Source: Escherichia coli 042
GTDB taxonomy: Bacteria > Pseudomonadota > Gammaproteobacteria > Enterobacterales > Enterobacteriaceae
Strand: one strand, 5' to 3'
DNA length: 64,000 nt
NCBI RefSeq assembly: GCF_000027125.1
Contig: NC_017626.1
Part shown: positions 1 to 15,470 of the stretch, in pieces
Numbering within the stretch: position 1 is the first letter of the stretch
Layout: every line of letters starts with the position of its first letter
The notes under the pieces: generated by a model
What the model was told of the DNA's origin: nothing
Seen by the model: only the letters and a program-made list of their open reading frames with translations
Databases searched by the model: none
Translations under genes and position numbers: made by a program

Positions 1-1390
1 GCGCGGTGGCAAAATCATTCCCTATAAAAAATTGCTCGACGATGCGATAAGTCAGGCGCAGCACCAGCCACGCCATGTTTTGCTGGTGGATCGCGGGCTG
101 GCGAAAATGGCACGCGTCAGCGGGCGGGATGTCGATTTCGCGTCGTTGCGCCATCAACACATCGGCGCGCGGGTACCGGTGGCGTGGCTGGAATCCAACG
201 AAACCTCCTGCATTCTCTACACCTCCGGCACGACCGGCAAACCTAAAGGCGTGCAGCGTGACGTTGGCGGATATGCGGTGGCGCTGGCGACCTCGATGGA
301 CACCATTTTTGGCGGCAAAGCGGGCGGTGTGTTCTTTTGTGCTTCGGATATCGGCTGGGTGGTGGGGCATTCGTATATCGTCTACGCGCCGCTGCTGGCG
401 GGGATGGCGACTATCGTTTACGAAGGATTACCGACCTGGCCGGACTGCGGCGTGTGGTGGAAAATCGTCGAGAAATATCAGGTTAGCCGGATGTTCTCAG
501 CGCCGACCGCCATTCGCGTGCTGAAAAAATTCCCTACCGCTGAAATTCGCAAACACGATCTCTCGTCGCTGGAAGTGCTCTATCTGGCTGGAGAACCGCT
601 GGACGAGCCGACCGCCAGTTGGGTGAGCAATACGCTGGATGTGCCAGTGATCGACAATTACTGGCAGACCGAATCCGGCTGGCCGATTATGGCGATTGCT
701 CGCGGTCTGGACGACAGGCCGACGCGTCTGGGTAGCCCCGGCGTGCCGATGTATGGCTATAACGTGCAGTTGCTTAATGAAGTCACCGGCGAACCGTGTG
801 GCGTCAACGAGAAAGGGATGCTGGTGGTGGAAGGGCCATTGCCGCCGGGGTGTATTCAGACCATTTGGGGCGACGACGACCGCTTTGTGAAGACGTACTG
901 GTCGCTGTTTTCCCGTCCGGTGTACGCCACTTTTGACTGGGGTATCCGCGATGCTGACGGTTATCACTTTATTCTCGGGCGCACTGACGATGTGATTAAC
1001 GTTGCCGGGCATCGGCTGGGGACGCGCGAGATTGAAGAGAGTATCTCCAGTCATCCGGGCGTTGCCGAAGTGGCGGTGGTTGGGGTGAAAGATGCGCTGA
1101 AAGGGCAGGTGGCGGTGGCGTTTGTCATTCCGAAAGAGAGCGACAGTCTGGAAGACCGTGAGGTGGCGCACTCGCAAGAGAAGGCGATTATGGCGCTGGT
1201 GGACAGCCAGATTGGCAACTTTGGCCGCCCGGCGCACGTCTGGTTTGTCTCGCAATTGCCGAAAACGCGATCCGGAAAAATGCTGCGCCGCACGATCCAG
1301 GCGATTTGCGAAGGACGCGATCCTGGGGATCTGACGACCATTGATGATCCTGCGTCGTTGGATCAGATCCGCCAGGCGATGGAAGAGTAA
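1..1390 (+). CDS. prpE: Propionyl-CoA synthetase, C-terminal part (5' end lies outside the window)
   Basis: ORF 32..1390 translates to an acyl-CoA synthetase (YTSGTTGKPKG AMP-binding motif), open to the window edge; position upstream of codBA. Confidence 0.9.
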   Translation, partial: RGGKIIPYKKLLDDAISQAQHQPRHVLLVDRGLAKMARVSGRDVDFASLRHQHIGARVPVAWLESNETSCILYTSGTTGKPKGVQRDVGGYAVALATSMDTIFGGKAGGVFFCASDIGWVVGHSYIVYAPLLAGMATIVYEGLPTWPDCGVWWKIVEKYQVSRMFSAPTAIRVLKKFPTAEIRKHDLSSLEVLYLAGEPLDEPTASWVSNTLDVPVIDNYWQTESGWPIMAIARGLDDRPTRLGSPGVPMYGYNVQLLNEVTGEPCGVNEKGMLVVEGPLPPGCIQTIWGDDDRFVKTYWSLFSRPVYATFDWGIRDADGYHFILGRTDDVINVAGHRLGTREIEESISSHPGVAEVAVVGVKDALKGQVAVAFVIPKESDSLEDREVAHSQEKAIMALVDSQIGNFGRPAHVWFVSQLPKTRSGKMLRRTIQAICEGRDPGDLTTIDDPASLDQIRQAMEE

Positions 1391-1395
1391 GGTAT

Positions 1396-1864
1396 TGTCG
1401 GATGCGTCGTGTGGCGCATCCGACACCGTGCGCCGATGCCTGATGCGACGCTGACGCGTCTTATCATGCCTACAGGCCTGAACCGTAGGTCGGATAAGGC
1501 GCTCGCGCCGCATCCGACACCGTGCGCCGATGCCTGATGCGACGCTGACGCGTCTTATCATGCCTACAGGCCTGAACCGTAGGTCGGATAAGGCGCTCGC
1601 GCCGCATCCGACACCGTGCGCCGATGCCTGATGCGACGCTGGCGCGTCTTATCATGCCTACAGGTCTGAACCGTAGGTCGGATAAGGCGCTCGCGCCGCA
1701 TCCGACACCGTGCGCAGATGCCTGATACGACGCTGGCGCGTCTTATCATGCCTACAGGCCTGAACCGTAGGTCGGATAAGGCGCTCGCGCCGCATCCGAC
1801 ACCGTGCGCAGATGCCTGATGCGACGCTGACGCGTCTTATCATGCCCACAGGCCTGAACCGTGG
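1396..1864. repeat. Tandem array of about 5 copies of a 94-bp REP/BIME palindromic unit
   Basis: gcatccgac recurs at 1416, 1510, 1604, 1698 and 1792 (period 94); gcctgatgcgacgc...gcgtcttatcatgcctacag recurs with the same period; a few SNPs between units. Confidence 0.9.
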
Positions 1865-1917
1865 ATAATTTTTCCCCCACCTTTTTGCACTCATTCATAT
1901 AAAAAATATATTTCCCC

Positions 1918-1933
1918 ACGAAAACGATTGCTT
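1918..1933 (+). promoter_or_regulatory. Candidate PurR operator in the codBA promoter
   Basis: acgaaaacgattgctt resembles the PurR box consensus, about 70 bp upstream of the codB GTG start. Confidence 0.45.
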
Positions 1934-1999
1934 TTTATCTTCAGATGAATAGAATGCGGCGGATTTTTTGGGTTTCAAACAGCAAAAAGGGGGAATTTC

Positions 2000-3259
2000 G
2001 TGTCGCAAGATAACAACTTTAGCCAGGGGCCAGTCCCGCAGTCGGCGCGGAAAGGGGTATTGGCATTGACGTTCGTCATGCTGGGATTAACCTTCTTTTC
2101 CGCCAGTATGTGGACCGGCGGCACTCTCGGAACCGGTCTTAGCTATCATGATTTCTTCCTCGCAGTCCTCATCGGTAATCTTCTCCTCGGTATTTACACT
2201 TCATTTCTTGGTTACATTGGCGCAAAAACCGGCCTGACCACCCATCTTCTTGCTCGCTTCTCGTTTGGTGTTAAAGGCTCATGGCTGCCTTCACTGCTGC
2301 TGGGGGGTACCCAGGTTGGCTGGTTTGGCGTTGGCGTGGCGATGTTTGCCATTCCGGTGGGTAAGGCAACCGGGCTGGATATTAATTTGCTGATTGCCGT
2401 TTCCGGTTTACTGATGACCGTCACCGTCTTCTTTGGCATTTCGGCGCTGACGGTTCTTTCGGTGATTGCGGTTCCGGCTATCGCCTGTCTTGGCGGTTAT
2501 TCCGTGTGGCTGGCCGTTAACGGCATGGGCGGCCTGGACGCATTAAAAGCGGTCGTTCCTGCACAACCGCTAGATTTCAATGTCGCGCTGGCGCTGGTTG
2601 TGGGGTCATTTATCAGCGCGGGTACGCTCACCGCTGACTTTGTCCGGTTTGGTCGCAATGCCAAACTGGCGGTGCTGGTGGCGATGGTGGCCTTTTTCCT
2701 TGGCAACTCGTTGATGTTTATTTTCGGTGCAGCGGGAGCGGCGGCACTGGGCATGGCAGATATCTCTGATGTGATGATTGCTCAGGGCCTGCTGCTACCC
2801 GCGATTGTGGTGCTGGGGCTGAATATCTGGACCACCAACGATAACGCGCTCTATGCGTCGGGCTTAGGTTTCGCCAACATTACCGGTATGTCGAGCAAAA
2901 CCCTTTCGGTGATTAACGGTATTATCGGTACGGTCTGCGCACTATGGCTGTATAACAATTTTGTCGGCTGGCTGACCTTCCTTTCGGCAGCTATTCCTCC
3001 GGTAGGGGGCGTGATCATCGCCGACTATCTGATGAACCGTCGCCGCTATGAGCACTTTGCGACCACGCGTATGATGAGTGTCAATTGGGTGGCGATTCTG
3101 GCGGTCGCCTTGGGGATTGCCGCAGGCCACTGGTTACCGGGAATTGTTCCGGTCAACGCGGTATTAGGTGGCGCGCTGAGCTATCTGATCCTTAACCCGA
3201 TTTTGAATCGTAAAACGACAGCAGCAATGACGCATGTGGAGGCTAACAGTGTCGAATAA
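2000..3259 (+). CDS. codB: Cytosine permease
   Basis: 419-aa multi-pass membrane protein, GTG start, immediately upstream of and overlapping codA. Confidence 0.93.
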   Translation: MSQDNNFSQGPVPQSARKGVLALTFVMLGLTFFSASMWTGGTLGTGLSYHDFFLAVLIGNLLLGIYTSFLGYIGAKTGLTTHLLARFSFGVKGSWLPSLLLGGTQVGWFGVGVAMFAIPVGKATGLDINLLIAVSGLLMTVTVFFGISALTVLSVIAVPAIACLGGYSVWLAVNGMGGLDALKAVVPAQPLDFNVALALVVGSFISAGTLTADFVRFGRNAKLAVLVAMVAFFLGNSLMFIFGAAGAAALGMADISDVMIAQGLLLPAIVVLGLNIWTTNDNALYASGLGFANITGMSSKTLSVINGIIGTVCALWLYNNFVGWLTFLSAAIPPVGGVIIADYLMNRRRYEHFATTRMMSVNWVAILAVALGIAAGHWLPGIVPVNAVLGGALSYLILNPILNRKTTAAMTHVEANSVE

Positions 3260-4532
3260 CGCTTTACAAACAATTATTAACGCCCGGTTACCCGGCAAAG
3301 AGGGGCTGTGGCAGATTCATCTGCAGGACGGAAAAATCAGCGCCATTGATGCGCAATCTGGTGTGATGCCCGTAACTGAAAACAGCCTGGATGCCGAACA
3401 AGGTTTAGTTTTACCGCCGTTTGTGGAGCCGCATATTCACCTGGACACCACGCAAACCGCCGGGCAACCGAACTGGAATCAGTCCGGCACGCTGTTTGAA
3501 GGCATTGAACGCTGGGCCGAGCGCAAAGCGTTATTAACCCATGACGATGTGAAACAACGCGCATGGCAAACGCTGAAATGGCAGATTGCCAACGGCATTC
3601 AGCATGTGCGTACCCATGTCGATGTTTCCGACGCAACGCTGACTGCGTTGAAAGCGATGCTGGAAGTGAAACAGGAAGTTGCGCCGTGGATTGATCTGCA
3701 AATCGTCGCCTTCCCGCAGGAAGGGATTTTGTCGTATCCCAACGGTGAAGCGTTGCTGGAAGAGGCGCTACGCTTAGGAGCAGACGTTGTTGGGGCGATT
3801 CCGCATTTTGAATTTACCCGTGAATATGGCGTGGAGTCGCTGCATAAAACCTTCGCCCTGGCGCAAAAATACGACCGTCTCATCGACGTTCACTGTGATG
3901 AGATCGATGATGAGCAGTCGCGCTTTGTCGAAACCGTTGCCGCCCTGGCGCACCGTGAAGGAATGGGCGCACGAGTCACCGCCAGCCATACTACGGCAAT
4001 GCACTCCTATAACGGGGCGTATACCTCACGCCTGTTCCGCCTGCTGAAAATGTCCGGTATTAACTTTGTCGCCAACCCGTTGGTCAATATTCATCTACAA
4101 GGGCGTTTCGATACGTATCCAAAACGTCGCGGCATCACGCGCGTTAAAGAGATGCTGGAGTCAGGCATTAACGTCTGCTTTGGTCACGATGATGTCTTCG
4201 ATCCGTGGTATCCGCTGGGAACGGCGAATATGCTGCAAGTGCTGCATATGGGGCTGCATGTTTGCCAGCTGATGGGCTACGGGCAGATTAACGACGGCCT
4301 GAATTTAATCACCCACCACAGCGCCAGGACGTTGAATTTGCAGGATTACGGCATTGCCGCCGGAAACAGCGCCAACCTGATTATCCTGCCGGCTGAAAAT
4401 GGATTTGATGCGCTGCGCCGTCAGGTTCCGGTACGTTATTCGGTACGTGGCGGCAAGGTGATTGCCAGCACACAACCGGCACAAACCACCGTATATCTGG
4501 AGCAGCCAGAAGCCATCGATTACAAACGGTGA
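3249..4532 (+). CDS. codA: Cytosine deaminase
   Basis: Translation [16 protein letters not shown]...[11 protein letters not shown] matches CodA; GTG start at 3249 chosen inside the longer ORF 3234..4532. Confidence 0.93.
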   Translation: MSNNALQTIINARLPGKEGLWQIHLQDGKISAIDAQSGVMPVTENSLDAEQGLVLPPFVEPHIHLDTTQTAGQPNWNQSGTLFEGIERWAERKALLTHDDVKQRAWQTLKWQIANGIQHVRTHVDVSDATLTALKAMLEVKQEVAPWIDLQIVAFPQEGILSYPNGEALLEEALRLGADVVGAIPHFEFTREYGVESLHKTFALAQKYDRLIDVHCDEIDDEQSRFVETVAALAHREGMGARVTASHTTAMHSYNGAYTSRLFRLLKMSGINFVANPLVNIHLQGRFDTYPKRRGITRVKEMLESGINVCFGHDDVFDPWYPLGTANMLQVLHMGLHVCQLMGYGQINDGLNLITHHSARTLNLQDYGIAAGNSANLIILPAENGFDALRRQVPVRYSVRGGKVIASTQPAQTTVYLEQPEAIDYKR

Positions 4533-4570
4533 TCGGCTGGGCTGTGTGTTGACAAAGCGAGCGTAGTTTA

Positions 4571-4651
4571 TGCCGGATGCGGCGTGAACGCCTTATCCGG
4601 CCTACGTAGAGCACTGAACTCGTAGGCCTGATAAGCGTAGCGCATCAGGCA
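4571..4651. repeat. REP palindromic elements (pair)
   Basis: gccggatgcggcgtgaacgccttatccggcctacg and cgtaggcctgataagcgtagcgcatcaggc between codA and cynR. Confidence 0.85.
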
Positions 4652-4664
4652 ATTGTGTCAGTGG

Positions 4665-5564
4665 TTACCGCGATTCATTCCCGCCAACAACCGCGCATTT
4701 ATCCAACGCCATTTGCAAAAATGCCTTCGCGGCGGCTGTCTGCCAGCTATTTTTCCGCCGCAACAAAACCGCCGTTCTCTTCAGTAGTGGTGGGGCAAGA
4801 GAAATAGCTTTAAGCCCTTCATGTTGTGTGGCAATCGCTGCTGGCAACAATGTGGAAAGGGAAGTGCGGCGAATCAGCTCCAGAACCGCGCTAATTGAGT
4901 TCGCCTCAATGACCACCTGTGGATGTAGCCCCGCTTTCTCGCAGTAGTGGTCAATTTGCTCTCTGGTGGCAAATTCCGCGCTGAGCAGGACCAGTTTTTC
5001 ATCATGCAAGCGACTCAACGCCACCTGTTCACAGGCAGCCAGCGGATGATGTTGCGCCACGACTAACGCTAAACTTTCTGTCAGTAAAGGAATTGCCTCC
5101 AGCTCCGGCGAATGCACAGGCGCGAAGGCAATCCCAACGTCCAACTCGTCGCGACAAAGCAGATCTTCGATTTTCTCCTGCGACATTTCCTGTAGCTGGA
5201 GCGTGATGCCGGGGTAGCGCGCATAGAAACCCGCCATTAAAGGGCCGATAAAGTAGCTTGTAAAGGTGGGAGTGACGGCGATACGCAGCGATCCTCGCGT
5301 CAGATCGGCAACATCATGAATCGCCCGTTTACCCGCCCCGAGTTCCTGTAACGCCCGGCTGGCGTACTGTCGCCAGACTTCTCCTGCATCAGTGAGACGA
5401 ATCGTTCGCCCGCTACGGTCAAACAGCGGCACGCCTAAACTCTCCTCTAACTGGCGAATCTGCTGGGAAAGCGCAGGCTGGGAGACGTGCAACACACTGG
5501 CGGCACGGGTGAAGCTGCCATGTTCAGCCACGGCAAGAAAATAATTGATATGTCGAGAGAGCAT
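4665..5564 (-). CDS. cynR: LysR-family regulator of the cyn operon
   Basis: Translation [22 protein letters not shown] (HTH) with LysR substrate domain; divergent from cynT; start taken at the internal Met of ORF 4665..5588. Confidence 0.9.
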   Translation of the reverse strand: MLSRHINYFLAVAEHGSFTRAASVLHVSQPALSQQIRQLEESLGVPLFDRSGRTIRLTDAGEVWRQYASRALQELGAGKRAIHDVADLTRGSLRIAVTPTFTSYFIGPLMAGFYARYPGITLQLQEMSQEKIEDLLCRDELDVGIAFAPVHSPELEAIPLLTESLALVVAQHHPLAACEQVALSRLHDEKLVLLSAEFATREQIDHYCEKAGLHPQVVIEANSISAVLELIRRTSLSTLLPAAIATQHEGLKAISLAPPLLKRTAVLLRRKNSWQTAAAKAFLQMALDKCAVVGGNESR

Positions 5565-5673
5565 TCGCCAACCTATAAGTAAATCCAATAGAACTCATCA
5601 TAAATGAGTCTTTTACCTTATGACAATCGGCGAGTAGTCTGCCTCTCATTCCAGAGACAGACAGAGGTTAACG

Positions 5674-6333
5674 GTGAAAGAGATTATTGATGGATTCCTT
5701 AAATTCCAGCGCGAGGCATTTCCGAAGCGGGAAGCCTTGTTTAAACAGCTGGCGACACAGCAAAGCCCGCGCACCCTTTTTATCTCCTGCTCCGACAGCC
5801 GTCTGGTCCCTGAGCTGGTGACGCAACGTGAACCTGGCGATCTGTTCGTTATTCGCAACGCGGGCAATATCGTCCCTTCCTACGGGCCAGAACCCGGTGG
5901 CGTTTCTGCTTCGGTGGAGTACGCCGTCGCTGCGCTTCGGGTATCTGACATTGTGATTTGCGGTCATTCCAACTGTGGCGCAATGACCGCTATTGCCAGC
6001 TGCCAGTGCATGGACCATATGCCTGCCGTCTCTCACTGGCTGCGTTATGCCGATTCTGCCCGCGTCGTTAATGAGGCGCGCCCGCATCGTGATTTACCGT
6101 CAAAAGCTGCGGCGATGGTGCGTGAAAACGTGATTGCTCAGTTGGCTAATCTGCAAACGCATCCATCGGTGCGCCTGGCGCTCGAAGAGGGGCGGATCGC
6201 CCTGCACGGCTGGGTCTACGACATTGAAAGCGGCAGCATCGCAGCTTTTGACGGCGCAACCCGCCAGTTTGTGCCACTGGCCGCTAATCCTCGCGTTTGT
6301 GCCATACCGCTACGCCAACCGACCGCAGCGTAA
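5674..6333 (+). CDS. cynT: Carbonic anhydrase
   Basis: 219-aa beta-class carbonic anhydrase (CSDSR, HSNCG motifs). Confidence 0.92.
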   Translation: MKEIIDGFLKFQREAFPKREALFKQLATQQSPRTLFISCSDSRLVPELVTQREPGDLFVIRNAGNIVPSYGPEPGGVSASVEYAVAALRVSDIVICGHSNCGAMTAIASCQCMDHMPAVSHWLRYADSARVVNEARPHRDLPSKAAAMVRENVIAQLANLQTHPSVRLALEEGRIALHGWVYDIESGSIAAFDGATRQFVPLAANPRVCAIPLRQPTAA

Positions 6334-6345
6334 CCTTATTTTTAA

Positions 6346-6834
<489 letters not shown>

Positions 6835-6866
6835 CAACCATGCGCGACCATCAAAAGACGTTCACG

Positions 6867-8021
6867 ATGCTGCTGGTTCTGGTGCTGATTGGTCTTAATA
6901 TGCGACCACTGCTCACCTCCGTCGGACCACTGCTACCGCAATTGCGTCAGGCGAGTGGAATGAGCTTTAGCGTGGCAGCCCTGTTGACCGCTCTGCCGGT
7001 GGTTACCATGGGCGGGCTGGCGCTGGCCGGAAGCTGGCTTCATCAGCATGTCAGCGAACGTCGCAGCGTCGCCATCAGTTTGTTACTGATTGCCGTCGGT
7101 GCATTGATGCGTGAGCTTTACCCCCAAAGTGCGCTGCTGCTTAGCAGCGCACTGCTTGGTGGAGTGGGGATCGGCATCATTCAGGCAGTGATGCCTTCGG
7201 TAATTAAGCGGCGGTTTCAGCACCGTACGCCACTGGTGATGGGGCTGTGGTCCGCGGCTCTGATGGGCGGCGGTGGACTTGGTGCCGCCATTACGCCCTG
7301 GTTAGTTCAACATAGCGAAACCTGGTATCAAACACTCGCCTGGTGGGCGCTGCCTGCCGTTGTTGCGCTCTTTGCCTGGTGGTGGCAAAGCGCCCGCGAG
7401 GTCGCCTCTTCTCACAAGACAACAACCACTCCGGTTCGCGTGGTATTTACTCCCCGCGCCTGGACGCTGGGTGTTTACTTCGGTCTGATTAACGGCGGTT
7501 ACGCCAGCCTGATTGCCTGGTTACCCGCTTTCTATATTGAGATTGGTGCCAGCGCGCAGTACAGCGGTTCCTTGCTGGCATTGATGACGCTTGGGCAAGC
7601 AGCAGGGGCATTGCTGATGCCTGCTATGGCTCGCCATCAGGATCGGCGCAAACTTTTGATGCTGGCGCTGGCGTTACAACTGGTGGGGTTCTGCGGCTTT
7701 ATCTGGCTGCCGCTGCAATTGCCGGTATTGTGGGCAATGGTGTGCGGATTAGGTCTGGGCGGCGCATTTCCGCTCTGTTTGCTGCTGGCGCTCGATCACT
7801 CTGCGCAACCGGCTATTGCTGGCAAACTGGTGGCGTTTATGCAGGGGATCGGTTTTATCATCGCCGGGCTTGCTCCCTGGTTTTCTGGCGTGCTGCGTAG
7901 TATCAGTGGCAATTACTTGATGGACTGGGCGTTTCATGCGCTGTGCGTCGTTGGGCTGATGATCATAACCCTGCGTTTTGCACCAGCACGTTTTCCGCAG
8001 CTGTGGGTCAAAGAGGCATGA
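6867..8021 (+). CDS. cynX: Cyanate MFS transporter
   Basis: 384-aa multi-pass membrane protein from the internal ATG at 6867 of ORF 6840..8021. Confidence 0.9.
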   Translation: MLLVLVLIGLNMRPLLTSVGPLLPQLRQASGMSFSVAALLTALPVVTMGGLALAGSWLHQHVSERRSVAISLLLIAVGALMRELYPQSALLLSSALLGGVGIGIIQAVMPSVIKRRFQHRTPLVMGLWSAALMGGGGLGAAITPWLVQHSETWYQTLAWWALPAVVALFAWWWQSAREVASSHKTTTTPVRVVFTPRAWTLGVYFGLINGGYASLIAWLPAFYIEIGASAQYSGSLLALMTLGQAAGALLMPAMARHQDRRKLLMLALALQLVGFCGFIWLPLQLPVLWAMVCGLGLGGAFPLCLLLALDHSAQPAIAGKLVAFMQGIGFIIAGLAPWFSGVLRSISGNYLMDWAFHALCVVGLMIITLRFAPARFPQLWVKEA

Positions 8022-8059
8022 TGCGACGCTTGTTTCGCCAGATAATGGAAGAGTGAATT

Positions 8060-8092
8060 ATTGTCGGATGTGCCCAATGGCGCATCCGACAT
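8060..8092. repeat. REP-like hairpin downstream of cynX
   Basis: gtcggatg ... catccgac inverted repeat; sequence closely resembles the first unit after prpE. Confidence 0.7.
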
Positions 8093-8108
8093 TTATTTCA
8101 GTGCTTAT

Positions 8109-8720
8109 TTAAACTGAAGGCTCAACTTTATAATCTTTGTAATAATAGTGCTTATCCCGGTCGTTTATTTCGCGAATAACCCGACAAGGAACGCCAGCAG
8201 CCACGACGTTTGGTGGAATGTCTTTTATGACGACACTACCCGCGCCAATAACAGAATTATCCCCGATGGTGACGCCTGGATTAATGACCACATGACTTCC
8301 GATCCAGACGTTATTGCCAATCGTTATCGGAAAAGAGTACATCTCACCGTTTTTTCTTAATTCATGGTGTACCGGGTGTCCCGTAACGGAAAGAGTAACG
8401 TTGGGTGCAATCAGTACGTTATCACCGATTGTTACCGTGTAGTCATCGACAATGGTTAAATTAAAATTTGCATAAAAATTGCGGCCTATATGGATGTTGG
8501 AACCGTAAGAGAAATAGACGGGAGGTTCTACCCAGGCGTTTTCCCCTACCGTGGCAAACATTTCTTTAATCAGGCTTTCTCTTTTTTCAACTTCTGATGG
8601 ATGCGAGTGATTAAACTCATACATTAACGTTTTCCCACGAAGTCTTTTTTCCGGTAAGCCTTCGCACATATCGGTAAATAGCTTGCCTGCTTTTATTCTT
8701 TCGGTCATTGGCATGTTCAT
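8109..8720 (-). CDS. lacA: Galactoside O-acetyltransferase
   Basis: Translation MNMPMTERIKAGKLFTDMCEGLPEKRLRGK, hexapeptide-repeat fold; the longer ORF to 8771 is an artefact of reading through a REP element. Confidence 0.93.
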   Translation of the reverse strand: MNMPMTERIKAGKLFTDMCEGLPEKRLRGKTLMYEFNHSHPSEVEKRESLIKEMFATVGENAWVEPPVYFSYGSNIHIGRNFYANFNLTIVDDYTVTIGDNVLIAPNVTLSVTGHPVHHELRKNGEMYSFPITIGNNVWIGSHVVINPGVTIGDNSVIGAGSVVIKDIPPNVVAAGVPCRVIREINDRDKHYYYKDYKVEPSV

Positions 8721-8745
8721 TGCGATCATTCCGTTATGATATGTT

Positions 8746-8777
8746 GGTCGGATAAGGCGCTCGCGCCGCATCCGACA
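8746..8777. repeat. REP element between lacY and lacA
   Basis: ggtcggataaggcgctcgcgccgcatccgaca. Confidence 0.85.
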
Positions 8778-8785
8778 TTGATTGC

Positions 8786-10084
<1,299 letters not shown>

Positions 10085-10090
10085 TTATTA

Positions 10091-13203
<3,113 letters not shown>

Positions 13204-13240
13204 CCACACAACATACGAGCCGGACGCATAAAGTGTAAAG
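13204..13240 (-). promoter_or_regulatory. lac promoter (-10 TATGTT, -35 TTTACA)
   Basis: Reverse complement reads ctttacactttatgcgtccggctcgtatgttgtgtgg. Confidence 0.9.
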
Positions 13241-13251
13241 CCTGGGGTGCC

Positions 13252-13275
13252 TAATGAGTGAGCTGACTCACATTA
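13252..13275 (-). promoter_or_regulatory. CRP (CAP) binding site of the lac promoter
   Basis: Reverse complement reads tgtgagtcagctcactcatt, a TGTGA-N6-TCACT type site. Confidence 0.85.
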
Positions 13276-13295
13276 ATTGCGTTGCGCTCACTGCC
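13275..13295 (-). promoter_or_regulatory. lac auxiliary operator O3
   Basis: Reverse complement reads ggcagtgagcgcaacgcaatt, at the 3' end of lacI. Confidence 0.8.
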
Positions 13296-14370
13296 CGCTT
13301 TCGAGTCGGGAAATTTGTCGCGCCAGCTGCATTAAAGAATCTGCCAACGCCTGGGGAGAAGCGGTTTGCGTATTGGGCGGAAGGGTGGTTTTTCTTTTCA
13401 CCAGTGAGACGGGCAACAGCTGATTGCCCTTCACCGCCTGGCCCTGAGAGAGTTGCAGCAAGCGGTCCACGCTGGTTTGCCCCAGCAGGCGAAAATCCTG
13501 TTTGATGGTGGTTAACGGCGGGATATAACACGAGCTGTCTTCGGTATCGTCGTATCCCACTACCGAGATATCCGCACCAACGCACAGCCCGGACTCGGTA
13601 ATGGCGCGCATTGCGCCCAGCGCCATCTGATCGTTGGCAACCAGCATCGCAGTGGGGACGATGCCCTCATTCAGCATTTGCATGGTTTGTTGAAAACCGG
13701 ACATGGCACTCCAGTCGCCTTCCCGTTCTGCTATCGGCTGAATTTGATTGCGAGTGAGATATTTATGCCAGCCCGCCAGACGCAGACGCGCCGAGACAGA
13801 ACTTAATGGGCCCGCTAACAGCGCGATTTGCTGGTGACCCAATGCGACCAGATGCTCCACGCCCAGTCGCGTACCGTCTTCATGGGAGAAAATAATACTG
13901 TTGATGGGAGTCTGGTCAGAGACATCAAGAAATAACGCCGGAACATTAGCGCAGGCAGCTTCCACAGCAATGGCATCCTGGTCATCCAGCGGATAGTTAA
14001 TGATCAGCCCACTGACGCGTTGCGCGAGAAGATTGTGCACCGCCGCTTTACAGGCTTCGACGCCGCTTCGTTCTACCATCGACACCACCACGCTGGCACC
14101 CAGTTGATCAGCGCGAGATTTAATCGCCGCGACAATTTGCGACGGCGCGTGCAGGGCCAGACTGGAAGTGGCAACGCCAATCAGCAACGACTGTTTGCCC
14201 GCCAGTTGTTGTGCCACGCGGTTGGGAATGTAATTCAGCTCCGCCATCGCCGCTTCCACTTTTTCCCGCGTTTTCGCAGAAACGTGGCTGGCCTGGTTCA
14301 CCACGCGGGAAACGGTCTGATAAGAGACACCGGCATACTCTGCGACATCGTATAGCGTTACTGGTTTCAC
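13288..14370 (-). CDS. lacI: Lactose repressor
   Basis: Translation VKPVTLYDVAEYAGVSYQTVSRVVNQASHVSAKTREKVEAAM...RLESGQ; GTG start at 14370. Confidence 0.96.
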   Translation of the reverse strand: MKPVTLYDVAEYAGVSYQTVSRVVNQASHVSAKTREKVEAAMAELNYIPNRVAQQLAGKQSLLIGVATSSLALHAPSQIVAAIKSRADQLGASVVVSMVERSGVEACKAAVHNLLAQRVSGLIINYPLDDQDAIAVEAACANVPALFLDVSDQTPINSIIFSHEDGTRLGVEHLVALGHQQIALLAGPLSSVSARLRLAGWHKYLTRNQIQPIAEREGDWSAMSGFQQTMQMLNEGIVPTAMLVANDQMALGAMRAITESGLCVGADISVVGYDDTEDSSCYIPPLTTIKQDFRLLGQTSVDRLLQLSQGQAVKGNQLLPVSLVKRKTTLPPNTQTASPQALADSLMQLARQISRLESGQ

Positions 14371-14446
14371 ATTCACCACCCTGAATTGACTTTCTTCCGG
14401 GCGCTATCATGCCATACCACGAAAGGTTTTGCGCCATTCGATGGTG

Positions 14447-15280
14447 TCAACGTAAATGCACGCCGCTTCGCCGTCCGGCCACCAGAATAGCCTGCGATTC
14501 AACCCCTTCTTCGATCTGTTTTGCCACCCGTTGTAGCGCCGGAAGATGCTTTTCCGCTGCCTGTTCAATGGTCATTGCGCTCGCCATATACACCAGATTC
14601 AGACAGCCAATCACCCGTTGTTCACTGCGCAGCGGTACGGCAATGGAGGCGATCTTTTCTTCTTGATCCCAGCCGCGGTAGTTCTGTCCGTACCCCTCTT
14701 TGCGCGCCCGCGCCAGAATGGCTTCCAGTTTTAACGGTTCCCGTGCCAGTTGATAGTCATCACCGGGACGGGTGGCTAACATTTCGATTAATTCCTTGCG
14801 TTCTTGTTCGGGGCAAAAGGCCAGCCAGGTCAGGCCCGAGGCGGTTTTCAGAAGCGGTAACCGTCGCCCGACCATTGCCCGGTGAAAGGATAAGCGGCTG
14901 AAACGGTGGGTGGTTTCGCGTACCACCATTGCATCAACATCCAGCGTGGACACATCTGTCGGCCATACCACTTCGCGCAACAGATCGCCCAGCAGTGGGG
15001 CCGCCAGTGCAGAAATCCACTGTTCGTCACGAAATCCTTCGCTTAATTGCCGCACTTTGATGGTCAAACGGAAACTATCATCGGAGGGACTACGCCGGAC
15101 ATATCCCTCTTCCTGCAGCGTCTCCAGCAGTCGCCGCACAGTGGTGCGATGCAGGCCGCTGAGTTCCGCCAGCAGCCCGACGCTGGCACCGCCATCAAGT
15201 TTATTTAACATATTTAATAACATTAGACCGCGGGTTAAGCCGCGCACGGTTTTGTATTCCGTCTGCTCATTGTTCTGCAT
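14447..15280 (-). CDS. mhpR: IclR-family activator of the mhp operon
   Basis: Translation MQNNEQTEYKTVRGLTRGLMLLNML...; divergent from mhpA. Confidence 0.9.
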   Translation of the reverse strand: MQNNEQTEYKTVRGLTRGLMLLNMLNKLDGGASVGLLAELSGLHRTTVRRLLETLQEEGYVRRSPSDDSFRLTIKVRQLSEGFRDEQWISALAAPLLGDLLREVVWPTDVSTLDVDAMVVRETTHRFSRLSFHRAMVGRRLPLLKTASGLTWLAFCPEQERKELIEMLATRPGDDYQLAREPLKLEAILARARKEGYGQNYRGWDQEEKIASIAVPLRSEQRVIGCLNLVYMASAMTIEQAAEKHLPALQRVAKQIEEGVESQAILVAGRRSGVHLR

Positions 15281-15312
15281 ATTAATTGACATTTATATAG
15301 TTAAAACAACGT

Positions 15313-15328
15313 GGTGCACCTGGTGCAC
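15313..15328. promoter_or_regulatory. Candidate MhpR operator in the mhpR-mhpA divergent region
   Basis: ggtgcacctggtgcac, duplicated palindromic GTGCAC half-sites. Confidence 0.45.
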
Positions 15329-15470
15329 ATTCGGGCATGTTTTGATTGTAGCCGAAAACACCCTTCCTATACTGAGCGCACAATAAAAAATCATTTACAT
15401 GTTTTTAACAAAATAAGTTGCGCTGTACTGTGCGCGCAACGGCATTTTGTCCGAGTCGTGAGGTACTGAA

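Noticed and set aside
1396-1864. Possible CRISPR array, given the regular short repeats
   Set aside because: The units are contiguous with no unique spacers, the repeat is the REP palindrome family, and no cas genes are nearby.
497-1894. Several minus-strand ORFs (354 aa and a series of 61 to 78 aa) with near-identical translations
   Set aside because: They are translations through the 3' end of prpE (antisense) and the tandem REP array; the repeated peptide simply reflects the 94-bp DNA repeat.
8721-8771. Extended lacA N-terminus (MRRERLIRPTYHNGMIA...) from the ORF track
   Set aside because: The extension is the translation of a REP element upstream of the genuine lacA start (MNMPMTERI...), so it is an ORF-calling artefact.
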